Source: Eledone cirrhosa
Lineage: Eukaryota
Reading direction: 5' to 3'
Assembly (NCBI GenBank): GCA_964016885.1
Contig: OZ024766.1
Coordinates: 1,736,001-1,800,000, forward strand
DNA: 64,000 nucleotides
Positions 45,262 to 57,772 of this stretch are shown one piece after another (within the stretch, counting starts at the first letter, position 1; every line of letters starts with the position of its first letter). Position numbers and translations under genes: made by a program. The notes beneath the pieces are model-generated. The model saw nothing but the letters and a program-made list of their open reading frames with translations, did not search any database and was not told the DNA's origin.

Positions 45262-45372
45262 AGTCTATATATATATAAGATCAAAAGATGGTTAAAAGAG
45301 TTCCACAAAATATATATTTTATTATACGTATTTCAAATGTACAATGGTGTTTAAGTACGTTTTCATCAGATA

Positions 45373-45377
<5 letters not shown>
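45141..45377 (-). ncRNA. Tandem pair of hammerhead motifs (45141-45203 and 45315-45377; ATACGTAT)
   Basis: Each reads TATATTAT-CTGATGA-[AAACGTAC..GTACATTT]-GAA-ATACGTAT-A/ATAAAATA; the two are 174 nt apart. Confidence 0.7.
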
Positions 45378-45446
<69 letters not shown>

Positions 45447-45662
45447 CATCCTCTTCTCCCCTCCAAGCAGGAAATATATTGAAATGTCCTCTACAATGAT
45501 ACATGAAACAATAGATATGGTGGTGTTTAGCCCTAGCCCGACCCCGGTCTCAGAAATACCGATATATATATATATATATATGTCCAAACAACAGAGCAGA
45601 CAGGGTATTGTGTAACCCTAGGCTGGACCTGGTCTCACACTCTGACACACAGACAGATAAAT

Positions 45663-45698
<36 letters not shown>

Positions 45699-46161
45699 AT
45701 TTTATATATAGATATATATAGAGAGAGATGTATATATATATATATGTATATATATGAGACAGGCGGGATGATTGACAGACATATAAATAGTTATATATAT
45801 ATATATGTTTATATACATTATACATGTGTATACATACATATATATATAAACATATATATATATATATATATGTTTATATACATTATACATACATATATAT
45901 ATAAACATATATATATATATACACACACATATATATACGTACATACATACACAGAAGACAGAAATACCGATATATATGTATATATATAGAGAGAAAAAGA
46001 TGGATGGATATATATATATATACATATAATTATATATATATATATATATAAACACACATAGGGTAGGGGAGAAATTAACTAAATGAAGGAGGTGCTCCAG
46101 CATGGTCACCGTCTAATGACAAACAAGTAAAATTATAAATATATAGACATGTATTTACTGA

Positions 46162-46209
<48 letters not shown>

Positions 46210-46481
46210 TGATATATATACGTGTATATATATATGTAAATACATACATACATATATGTGTGTGTATATGTATGTGTATATGTGTGTATATGTATATGTG
46301 TGTATATATGTATATGTGTGTATATATATGTGTATATATATATATGTGTGTATATATATATATGTGTGTGTATATATATATATGTGTGTATATATATATA
46401 TGTGTGTATATATATATGTATATATATATATCCCACCCTTGCAAGCAAGGAAAAGCGGACGTAAAATGATGATGATGATGA

Positions 46482-46570
<89 letters not shown>

Positions 46571-46711
46571 GGAGGTGAGTTTTATTGTAGTACAATAAAG
46601 CAATGCAGATATCGGATAAGAAGCACTCTACAGTTTGTGGGACTGGAGTATGCATAATATAAGATCAAAAGATGGTTAATATATGGAACTCCTTTAACCA
46701 TCTTTTGATCT

Positions 46712-46804
<93 letters not shown>

Positions 46805-46988
46805 ACGAAGGAAATGTGGTAAGGAACCAGGTGGACCATAACGCACCAAAGTACTCAATACTTAGGGTAGTAGAGTGGGTAATAGGAACAAGTAAGACCC
46901 CGACGGCTGAGCTCTAGCCGTTTCGACGGCTGTAGTAAATTAGCCGTCGAAACTGCTTGAGCTCAGCCGTCGGGGTCTTACTTGTTCC

Positions 46989-47021
<33 letters not shown>

Positions 47022-47156
47022 ATATGCGTGTGTGTGTGTGTGTGTATATATTATAGTCATATACATACCTCGCCTGTATTGTAATGTTATCCACATAGAA
47101 TTTATCCATCTGGTGTTTCACAATATATACACTCACTAGTATATATATATAAATAT

Positions 47157-47190
<34 letters not shown>

Positions 47191-47736
47191 GTGATTGTAT
47201 GTGTGTATATATCTGTGTGTGTTTAATTACAAGTCTTCGTTATAATTAACAGTAATTAACGGTTTATTATTAATTATTAATCCGCGGTGTATATAATATA
47301 TAATAATAGAACCATGTAGTCATGTTGTGTCTATGCAACTGGGTGTATATAAATATACATACATGGCACTATCTCCTTCTGACTCCGTCTGCATTTTTAT
47401 ATATTATGATTCAGAGTATACGGTTTGTCTACACACATACACATGTATGTGTGTGTATATATATATATATACACACGCGTTGTGTATATATCAAGCACCT
47501 TGCAGAATATAATTAGATATTTAGCCAATTAATACATATATATATGTATGTATATTGGAGTGTATATATACGAATATTATACTTTATACACCTATATGTG
47601 TATATATATATATATATATATACAGTGTTTAATTATAATTATAATTATATATTCTTAACGAAAGACACAGACATGCGTATATAAAGTGCATGCGTATAAA
47701 ATGATCTGTATATGTATATATACATCGTCTATATGT

Positions 47737-47767
<31 letters not shown>

Positions 47768-47902
47768 TTACTGTATCACATGCATATAGGAATTTTCAAA
47801 ATAATGTGTGTATATATACATACATCTATATACATATATATATATGTGTGTGTATATATATATAAAGTGAAATTATTTACTGACGCATGTGTACTATACA
47901 CA

Positions 47903-47944
<42 letters not shown>

Positions 47945-48003
47945 TACTAATCTATTGTAAAATTGTAGTCATTGAGTAGTCAACGAACCATACTAATCTT
48001 TGG

Positions 48004-48037
<34 letters not shown>

Positions 48038-48603
48038 TGTATATATATATAGTTATGTATGTATATAGTTATGTAGTAGTATATATATATATATATAGTT
48101 ATGTCTGTATAAATATGATGTAAAATGTCTCACGTGTATGTGTATAACTCCATAGATATATATATATATGTATATATAGTGTATATACACAGTATAATAT
48201 GATGTATATACTATATACACAGCTGTAATCTTTGCCAGTCGCTCTTCGCTGTTTTAGTTAAACTGTGGCGACTATCAAGTCATCAGCTATATACACACAC
48301 ACACATATATATATATATAGACACACGTATATAGTCATATATATAGAGAGAGACACGTATATATATGTATATGTATATATATATATGTATATATATATAT
48401 GTACATATATATATATATATATATATACATATGTATATATAGACTCACACATATATCATCATATCATCTATATATAGACACATACATATATATATATACA
48501 CACACACATATAGACATATATATATATACATATACACATACACATATAGACATATATATATATACATATACACATAGTAATGTCAATATGTATATATACA
48601 TAT

Positions 48604-48657
<54 letters not shown>

Positions 48658-48719
48658 AAACAGATATAGACATATATATACACACATATACATACATATA
48701 CACACACACACATACATAT

Positions 48720-48763
<44 letters not shown>

Positions 48764-49114
48764 AGATATAGACATATATATACATACATATACATACACA
48801 CACACATATATATATATATACACATGCATTCACATTGACACATAAAGATAACTATATATGCTTACATAGAGATATCTGCTATACACACACATATAAAGAA
48901 ACATATATATATATAGACACACACACATATAGACACACACACATATAGACATACACACATACATATACACATATAGATATCAGCTGTATATAAACAATTG
49001 TGCACCTGTTTTATTATACATACATACAATTTCATTATTATTATTATTATAAACACGCACATGTATATATATATATATATTTATAGATAGATAAGGATAC
49101 ATAGACACATGCGT

Positions 49115-49167
<53 letters not shown>

Positions 49168-49489
49168 GATAAACATACGATGATGATGATGACATAGACA
49201 CATATACGAATATATACATACACATACACACATACATACATGCATACATGATGGCTGCCCCCTCGTTATCGAGTATGGCCATTGCACGATATACCATTAT
49301 TAATAATTATTAATTAATTCTATCGTGCAATGCCTGTGCGTGAAGATATTTGTTAAAGTGAGGAAAGACTGCACTGAGCCAATCCCACTCTCTGAGAGAC
49401 AGTAGCTATAACCTGAAAAGAAGAAATATCATCATCATCGGTAACTACTGAGCCGCAGGTTTTATGTCGGAGTTAACCCAGTTTCCTGA

Positions 49490-50547
49490 GTTGTCTGCTC
49501 TCACCACCTCCGCCCATGTTTTTCGTGGTCTTCCTTCTACTGGGATTTCTTGGCACTTCTTTACCCAGCAGTCATCCTCCATGCGCATCACATGTCCAAA
49601 CCAACATTCTTCTCTCTCGCACACAACAGCCTATCCCTCTTATACCCAGTTTCTCTCTCACCACATCACATGTCCATACCACCTCAGTCTTCTCTCCCAC
49701 ACACCACAGCCTATCCCTCTTATACACAGTTTCTCTCTCAACACATCACATGTCCATACCATCTCAGTCTTCTCTCCCACACACCACAACTTATCCCTCT
49801 TATACCCAGTTTCTCTCTCAACACATCACATGTCCATACCATCTCAGTCTTCTCTCCCACACACTACAACTTATCCCTCTTATACCCAGTTTCTCTCTCA
49901 ACACATCACATGTCCATACCATCTCAGTCTTCTCTCCCACACACTACAACTTATCCCTCTTATACCCAGTTTCTCTCTCACCACATCACATGTCCATACC
50001 ATCTCAGTCTTCTCTCCCACACACCACAACTTATCCCTCTTATACCCAGTTTCTCTCTCAACACATCACATGTCCATACCATCTCAGTCTTCTCTCCCAC
50101 ACACTACAACTTATCCCTCTTATACCCAGTTTCTCTCTCAACACATCACATGTCCATACCATCTCAGTCTTCTCTCCCACACACCACAACTTATCCCTCT
50201 TATACCCAGTTTCTCTCTCAACACATCACATGTCCATACCATCTCAGCCTTCTCTCCCACACACCACAACTTATCCCTCTTATACCCAGTTTCTATCTCA
50301 ACACATCACATGTCCATACCATCTCAGTCTTCTCTCCCACACACTACAACTTATCCCTCTTATACCCAGTTTCTCTCTCAACACATCACATGTCCATACC
50401 ATCTCAGTCTTCTCTCTCACACACCACAACTTATCCCTCTTACACCCAGTTTCTCTCTCAACACATCACATGTCCATACCATCTCAGTCTTCTCTCCCAC
50501 ACACCACAACTTATCCCTCTTATACCCAGTTTCTCTCTCAACTCATC
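49490..50547 (-). mobile_element. RTE LINE fragment with an 80-bp array (about 11-12 copies, 49610-50543)
   Basis: Minus strand encodes ELREKLGIRGISCGVWERRLRWYGHVM repeatedly; period 80 (49741, 49821...). Confidence 0.9.
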
Positions 50548-51345
50548 TATATGTATGTGTATATATGTGCGTATATATGTATGTACATAAGTATGTATGT
50601 GTATATATGAATATATGTGTGTATATATATAGTGAATATCTCTATATGTGTCAATGTATGTACGTGTATATATGTATATATGTGTGTATATATGTATATA
50701 TGTATGTATATATAGTGAATATCTTTCTATGTGCCAATGTGTGTGTGTGACTAAGTATGTATACGTGCATGTATATACATATAGGTCTGCCTCTATGTAA
50801 GTCTGTGTATATATATATTCGTTATACAAAGATAGAATTTACTTCAATCACACAACAACCTAAAAACAAGGTTATTGCTACTGTCACTCAGAGAGTGGGA
50901 TTGGCTCAGTGTAAAGTGTTTCCTCACTTTAAAAAACATCTTCACACACAGGCATTGCACGATAGCATTAATTGAGGGCGGTGGATTGGCAGTATCGGTA
51001 GAGGGTCGGACGCCATGCTTTCCAGCAGAGAGTTACGTCCCTTTACGATCTGAGTTCAAATCCCGCCGAGGTTGACTTTGCCTTTCATCCTTACAGGGGT
51101 CGATAAAATAAAGTACCAGTAATGCACTGGGTAATTGCTGGCCTTGTGCCTGAACTAGAAAAAATTAATTGATATATTAATAAAGAAGAAAATGTGCTGT
51201 TGAAGATGTTAGAGTCCTTTATTAATTGAGCTGTTATATATATTTCAATGGCATTAGTTATCATGATCTCTTCAGACAGAAAAGATTGATTAAAAGGTAA
51301 CATTTCTGAGGCAATTTTGGGTGGAAGGGAGCGATATATATATAT

Positions 51346-51589
51346 ATGAGATGGTATGGACATGTGATGTGCATGGAGGATGACCGCTGGGTAAAGAAGT
51401 GCCAAGAAATCCCAGTAGAAGGAAGACCACGAAAAACATGGATGGGGGTGGTGAGAGCAGACCTCAGATTGCTGAAGCTCACGGAGGAGATGACGAAGGA
51501 CCGTGACAAGTGGAGAGATGCTGTGCTGAATAAGACTCGTCCCACCCTTGCAAAGCAGGGAAAAACAGACGTAAAATGATGATGATGAT
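51346..51589 (+). mobile_element. RTE LINE extreme 3' end
   Basis: RWYGHVMCMEDDRWVKKC..GRPRKTW..DRDKWR followed by a gacgtaaaatgatgatgat tail. Confidence 0.9.
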
Positions 51590-51774
51590 ATGTTGTTTCC
51601 TATATATTTTTAATAATGGCTTATGATTTTGCCACGAGGCCACCAATACTTTATTTAATCGACCCCTTAAGGATGAAAGTCAAAGCTAACTTCAGCAGGA
51701 TTTGAACTCAGAACATAAAGGGACATAACTCTATGCTCCACAGCATCTTGTCCAACACTCTACTGATACTGCCA

Positions 51775-51805
<31 letters not shown>

Positions 51806-52009
51806 TAGGCATGCATATATATATATATATATATATATAGGCATTCATATATATATATAATATAAAACGAAAAATCAGTGATGCATCTGAACTCAATTTA
51901 TTGTGTGTTACAATTGTTTCCACGGTGGACAGCTTGAGACGCGATCATTGTGTGGATCTGTCTGATTCTGGAGCCGCAGGTTCAACAGAAGCTTCTTAGC
52001 TACCATCCG

Positions 52010-52067
<58 letters not shown>

Positions 52068-52106
52068 ATATTAAATAAATGGAAACTATATTTATAAAAC
52101 CATATT

Positions 52107-52167
52107 TATTCTATTATATATATTTCAAGGGTACCAAAACTTTGGTACGCTCTCATCAGATAAAATA
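52107..52167 (-). ncRNA. Minimal hammerhead motif (ATATATAT)
   Basis: TATTTTAT-CTGATGA-[GAGCGTACCAAAGTTTTGGTACCCTT]-GAA-ATATATAT-A/ATAGAATA. Confidence 0.75.
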
Positions 52168-52353
52168 CAAAGTTTGTTTTATAAATATTGACATATCCAG
52201 GAAAGTTCAAGTTTTCCAGGAAAAACAGCTGCTACATGTGAAGCCTGTTATTTTAATAAATATTTGCTCTAGGGTTCTTATATATCTGATATATATTTAT
52301 CCTTATCGAGCCCTCTTTGGATTTTAGTCTTCACATTTGTTATTATTACTATA

Positions 52354-52706
52354 TGGAGGCACATGGCTTAGTGGTTAGAGCATTGGCCTTGCAATCGAAA
52401 GGTTGTGAGTTCAATTCTCAGACCGGGTGATGTGTTGATTCCTTGAGCAAGATACTTTACTTCACATTGCTCCAGTTTACTCAGCCGTAGAAATGAGATG
52501 ATAGGGACTGGGGTCCCTATCATTCCACTGTAAAGTGGTCGTGGAGGTGCCACGGCAAAAAAAAGCGCCCAGCACTCACTGTAAATGAGGTTGGTGTTAG
52601 GAAGGGCATCCAGCTGTAGAGATCAAGCCAGAGTCAGTTCCCGTCCCACCCTTGCAAGCAGGGAAAAAGTGGACGTAAAATGAAATGATGAAATGATGAT
52701 GATGAT
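52354..52706 (+). mobile_element. SINE family A, full length
   Basis: TGGCTTAGTGG A box, GTTCAATTC B box, tail ggacgtaaaatga..gatgat. Tail-only copies occur at about 16110-16250, 39007-39190 and 57537-57690. Confidence 0.9.
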
Positions 52707-52767
52707 AACTGCCAATATTGGAATTGAATAATCAAAACCGTAGCGGTATGTCACATATCAAATCATA

Positions 52768-52830
52768 TATTTTATCTGATGAAAACGTACTTAAACACCA
52801 TTGTACCTTTGAAATATGTATAATGCTATA
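52768..52830 (+). ncRNA. Hammerhead motif (ATATGTAT), stem I eroded
   Basis: TATTTTAT-CTGATGA-[AAACGTAC..GTACCTTT]-GAA-ATATGTAT-A/ATGCTATA. Confidence 0.55.
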
Positions 52831-52874
52831 GATATTTTGATTATGAGAATATTTTTTCATTTGTTAACATTTTG

Positions 52875-52921
<47 letters not shown>

Positions 52922-52950
52922 GAAATATAAGAATCAAAGAACTGTTCAAA

Positions 52951-53018
52951 GCATTATTGTGCTTACAGCTGTTTCCTCCAAACCGAGGTTTGGATTCTTC
53001 GGAGCAATTTATTAATGC
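52951..53018 (-). ncRNA. Hammerhead motif of an unrelated family (ACAGCTGT, GUA site)
   Basis: GCATTA..TGCT-CCGAAGA-[ATCCAAACCTCGGTTTGGAG]-GAA-ACAGCTGT-A/AGCA..TAATGC. Position 4 is U->C. Confidence 0.7.
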
Positions 53019-53581
53019 ATGGACAGTTATATGACCTCCTTTTCAGCCAAGAGACATACCGATACATATTCAAACATTGTGGGTCAACATTCATTACAGA
53101 ATTTAGAGTGGCAGTACACACTTCGAGATTACATTCATATTAAGAGGTACAATCAAAAATCAAAAATACAGGTTAAAATACAACATGAAGATAAGCGGTT
53201 ATATAGTGCAAAAGTTATATGTGTGGCACGCATGTGCGTCTTGTTTATATAGTGTGGCAGAGAGATATGTGTGGTAGAGGCACTTAGGTAGGTAAACAAG
53301 AGTGTTAGGTTGGTAGATCTGGTGGCAAATTTTTTATATGATTGATAAAGTCTGTGTGTGGAGAAATGTTATAAGCATTAAATGTTATAAGCATTCTTAT
53401 ATTTCATATATTTCATATAACTGCTCTGTAAATCATCTGATGTTTTTACATTGAGCTACTTAACTTACTGGTAATAAGGTAGTAATACATTACTGCCTAC
53501 CACTATTTAGGGTGTATATATAAAACATACTTATAACTGCATAAGGTTTTGTATTTACATAACCATAAATAGTGTAACTAA

Positions 53582-53622
<41 letters not shown>

Positions 53623-54034
53623 ATTGTTTCTACTTTAGGCACAAGGCCAGCAATTACCCAGTGCATTACTGGTACTTTATTTTATCGACCCCGTAAGGAT
53701 GAAAGGCAAAGTCAACCTCGGCGGGATTTGAACTCAGATCGTAAAGGGACGTAACTATGCTGGAAAGCATGGCGTCCGACCCTCTACCGATACTGCCAAT
53801 CCACCGCCCTATATATGTATATATAATGTATAATATATATATACATAGATACACACTTTACCATCTGCTGTGGTCACAATGGTATTGATTATAGAATATT
53901 GATTATATAATCCAGTATTGATCTTGGATATTAACAATGATGCCCATAACTTATATGAGGAATGTAAACAAATAATAATTGTTATTTATTTTATAAAATC
54001 ATCAGTAATACTTATACAAGCACACTTATTGATC

Positions 54035-54065
<31 letters not shown>

Positions 54066-54260
54066 TTACAACCTGTTGTAATGTAATAAAATAAAATGCA
54101 CTTACAGCCATAACTTTTCATATAATCTAATTTATTATATATACAATATTATAACTCACAATGTAGCTAAATATATAAATTCTGGAATTGTTAATTCATT
54201 TTAAATTAACATAAATACAAGCTCTTCTTTCTTTCTTTTTCTTCTTCCTACACATACATA

Positions 54261-54855
54261 CATCATCATCATCATCATCATCATCATCGTTTAACGTCCA
54301 TCTTCCACGCTTGCATGGGTTTGGACGGGAGTTTTCCCACTTGAGGCAAGAGTGGTTGTCTTGCTCACATAGGACTGTCTGGCGGGTTTTCTACGGCTGG
54401 ATGCCCTTCCTAACACCAACCACGTTTACAGTGTGGGACTGGGAGGTTTTTACCGTGTTGCCTACACGGCCACATTAGAGCGTGGGCTGTGTGTTTTTTT
54501 TGTCGTGACACCTACACGACCTCATTTGTTTCGGACTGGATGTTGTGGTACCAACATAACTTTACATTGAAAGAAGTGGTGTGGATGGGGTGGGGGTAGT
54601 GGGACGAGGTGTTATTTTGTTAGAGGTGCCTACTGACTGTAGTAGGTTTCACTTTGTATTTAGGTAAGGCGGGTCTTCTCTATTACTGTGTAGCGCCAAA
54701 GATCTCGGTCCAGTGACATTGTCTTGGAGAGGTGTAAGTGTGTGAGGTCGGAATTTATCAAGTCGTCCCAGGTTTTTCTGGGTCTGCCTACTCCGTGGCT
54801 ACTGTCTATTTTTATTGCCCTGCACGTTTTTATACAGCTGTCGTCTCTCATGCGT
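54261..54855 (-). mobile_element. RTE LINE 3' fragment (ORF end plus 3' UTR plus (GAT)n)
   Basis: GVGRPRKTWDDLINSDL..DRDLWR on the minus strand, followed by the UTR and tail. Confidence 0.8.
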
Positions 54856-55069
54856 ATATACATATATCCTAATTATTTTAATCTACCTAGCGTCTAAAAA
54901 TAACGTTTTTTTCATCCCTATACCTCAACCTAATTTGCATACTCATCTTGATAATTTGAAATATTTGACTTTTCTTCTCTTTCCCTTCTTTCCTTTTACT
55001 ATCCAGGAATAACTTGAATCGTTAAGTTATTCTTTCCTGGTTATGTCAATATTTATAAAACAAACTTTG

Positions 55070-55130
55070 TATTTTATATGATGAGAGCGTACCAAAGTTT
55101 TGGTAACCTTGAAATATATATAATAGAATA
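55070..55130 (+). ncRNA. Degenerate hammerhead motif (C3->A)
   Basis: Near-identical inverted copy of 52107-52167 with an ATGATGA core. Confidence 0.55.
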
Positions 55131-55187
55131 AATATGGTTTTATAAATATAGTTTCCATATATTTATATAGTTTCCATTTATTTATCA

Positions 55188-55750
55188 ATATAACAATGTT
55201 ATTGAAGAAGATGGGGTGTGATCTAACCTATATATATTGTCTGATGGTATACAGTTATATAACTGCTATATATCAGACAATATAACAATGTTACTGAAGA
55301 AGACGGGGTGTGATCTAACCTATATATATTGTCTGATGGTATACAGTTATATAACTGCTATACATCAGACAATATAACAATGTTACTGAAGAAGATGGGG
55401 TGTGATCTAACCTATATATTATGTCTGATAGTATACAGTTATATAACTGCTATATATCAGACAATATATCAATGTTACTGAAGAAGACAGGGTGTGATCT
55501 AACCTATATATTATGTCTGATGGTATACAGTTATATAACTGCTATATATCAGACAATATATCAATGTTACTGAAGAAGACAGGGTGTGATCTAACCTATA
55601 TATTATGTCTGATAGTATACAGTTATATAACTGCTATATATCAGACAATATATCAATGTTACTGAAGAAGACAGGGTGTGATCTAACCTATATATTATGT
55701 CTGATAGTATACAGTTATATAACTGCTATACATCAGACAATATATCAATA
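55188..55750. repeat. 92-bp tandem array (6 copies), each with an internal palindrome
   Basis: gaagaag at 55204, 55296, 55388, 55480, 55572 and 55664. Confidence 0.92.
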
Positions 55751-56330
55751 TAATCAAGCCTCCAAAACGATCGTAAGAAAATAATATGAATTGGTAAAAA
55801 TAACTTGACTTTGTTGTTTTTCTTTTCATTGATGATGGCGATGATGATGATATATATATACACATATATATACATATATGTACATATATGCATACATACA
55901 CACATATATATATATTTAGAGAGAGAGAGAGAAATTAGAATCAAAGTGAGTGCTGTAGCATATCAAACTTTAATGACACATCACAATCATTTTAATATTG
56001 ATCTGGTCATCATACAATGAACGCGATTGTTTAGATATGTCTTTACATATAAAAGCTGCCGTATCTTATGGCATTTGTAAGGACTGTCAGTTCACGTCAC
56101 TCTGATTGTATCCTGATTTGATAAATACTGAAACAACTGTAATATGTCAGCAGGGGCCACGTTTGCCTTAAACATGTGAGGAGGGGCGGGGGGAGAGGGG
56201 ACAAACCAACATTTGTTGGTCCTTAAAGGAGCATGTTAGTATTACTATGGTGCCTTCCCTGAAACCCTATCACATGAGTAACATTTTACACTAATTAAAT
56301 TTTATATATTCAAATGAAGTTCAGATATAA

Positions 56331-56720
56331 AAGGTTTTTAGATAAATATAAACACATTAAAACAGTTTTGTATCATAGAACCAGGGGTGTTTGGAACATA
56401 ACTTAACAAAGGTTCTTACATAAAATTATGATGGAAGGTTTTTAGATAAATATAAACACATTAAAACAGTTTTGTATCATAGAACCAGGGCTGTTTGGAA
56501 CATAACTTAACAAAGGTTCTTACATAAAATTATGATGGAAGGTTTTTAGATAAATATAAACACATTAAAACAGTTTTGTATCATAGAACCAGGGGTGTTT
56601 GGAACATAACCTAACAAAGGTTCCTACATAAAATTATGATGGAAGGTTTTTAGATAAATATAAACACATTAAAACAGTTTTGTATCATAGAACCAGGGCT
56701 GTTTGGAACATAACTTAACA
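56331..56720. repeat. 104-bp tandem array (about 3.8 copies); same element inverted at about 32730-32925
   Basis: aaggtttttag at 56331, 56435, 56539 and 56643. Confidence 0.9.
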
Positions 56721-56905
56721 TAAACATCTTACATAAACATCTTTTTACATTGTAGAACCAGATGTGTTGACCAGCAATATCATAAACATTAATAATTGCA
56801 ACAAGTTGCCAATATAAAACTAAAGCATATAATATACTGTTGTTCTTCATGTGATAGAGAGAGAGAAAGAGAGAGAGAGAGAGAGCTAATGAGAAATTGT
56901 TGTTG

Positions 56906-56936
<31 letters not shown>

Positions 56937-57687
56937 ATATATTATATATATATATATATATTATATATATATATATATTATATATATATATTATAAACGG
57001 AAAAAATGAAACGAAATTTCATTTCCCACTCTTAGTACGGCTGTTACTTAAATATAAGTATGTACACGTACATACATATATGTATACAGACGTACAGTAG
57101 TATGTATATATTTATACATACACGCACACATATGCAAATTGGGCTACTCAGCCGTTAATATGCATAAGGTAAGTATATACGTTCAACAATCTGGCAGGAA
57201 GGTATACGTTGCTGATGATAGCTAATAAGGTTGAAACTAGTACAGTGTTCCTTTGTCAGTGTTGAATAAACGAGCAACGATGGTTGCTAGACACTGTACA
57301 GCTTAATACGGGATGTTTGTTTACAAACACACCGAGCATTATAATAAATGTTCGGTGAATCCATACGTACATATATATATGTGTGCGTGTATGTATATAT
57401 ATATATACATACTACTGTACGTCTGTATACATATATGTATGTACGTGTACATACTTATATATATATTATATATATATATACAATGATATTCAATAAATGG
57501 AAACGATTAATAACCTTTTGCTTATATATATATATATGGTCGTGGAGGTGCCACGGCAAAAAAGCACCCAGCACTCACTGTAAATGAGGTTGGTGTTAGG
57601 AAGGGCATCCAGCTGTAGAGATCAAGCCAGAATCAGTTCCCGTCCCACCCTTGCAAGCAGGGGAAAAGCAGACGTAAAATGATGATG

Positions 57688-57719
<32 letters not shown>

Positions 57720-57772
57720 CTCTCTCTCTCTCTATATATATGTGTGTGTGTTTTTCTCTCTATATATATATA

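Noticed and set aside
52354-52430. tRNA gene-like A and B boxes
   Set aside because: These are SINE heads: multiple diverged copies continue into core and tail, with no clean cloverleaf or terminator.
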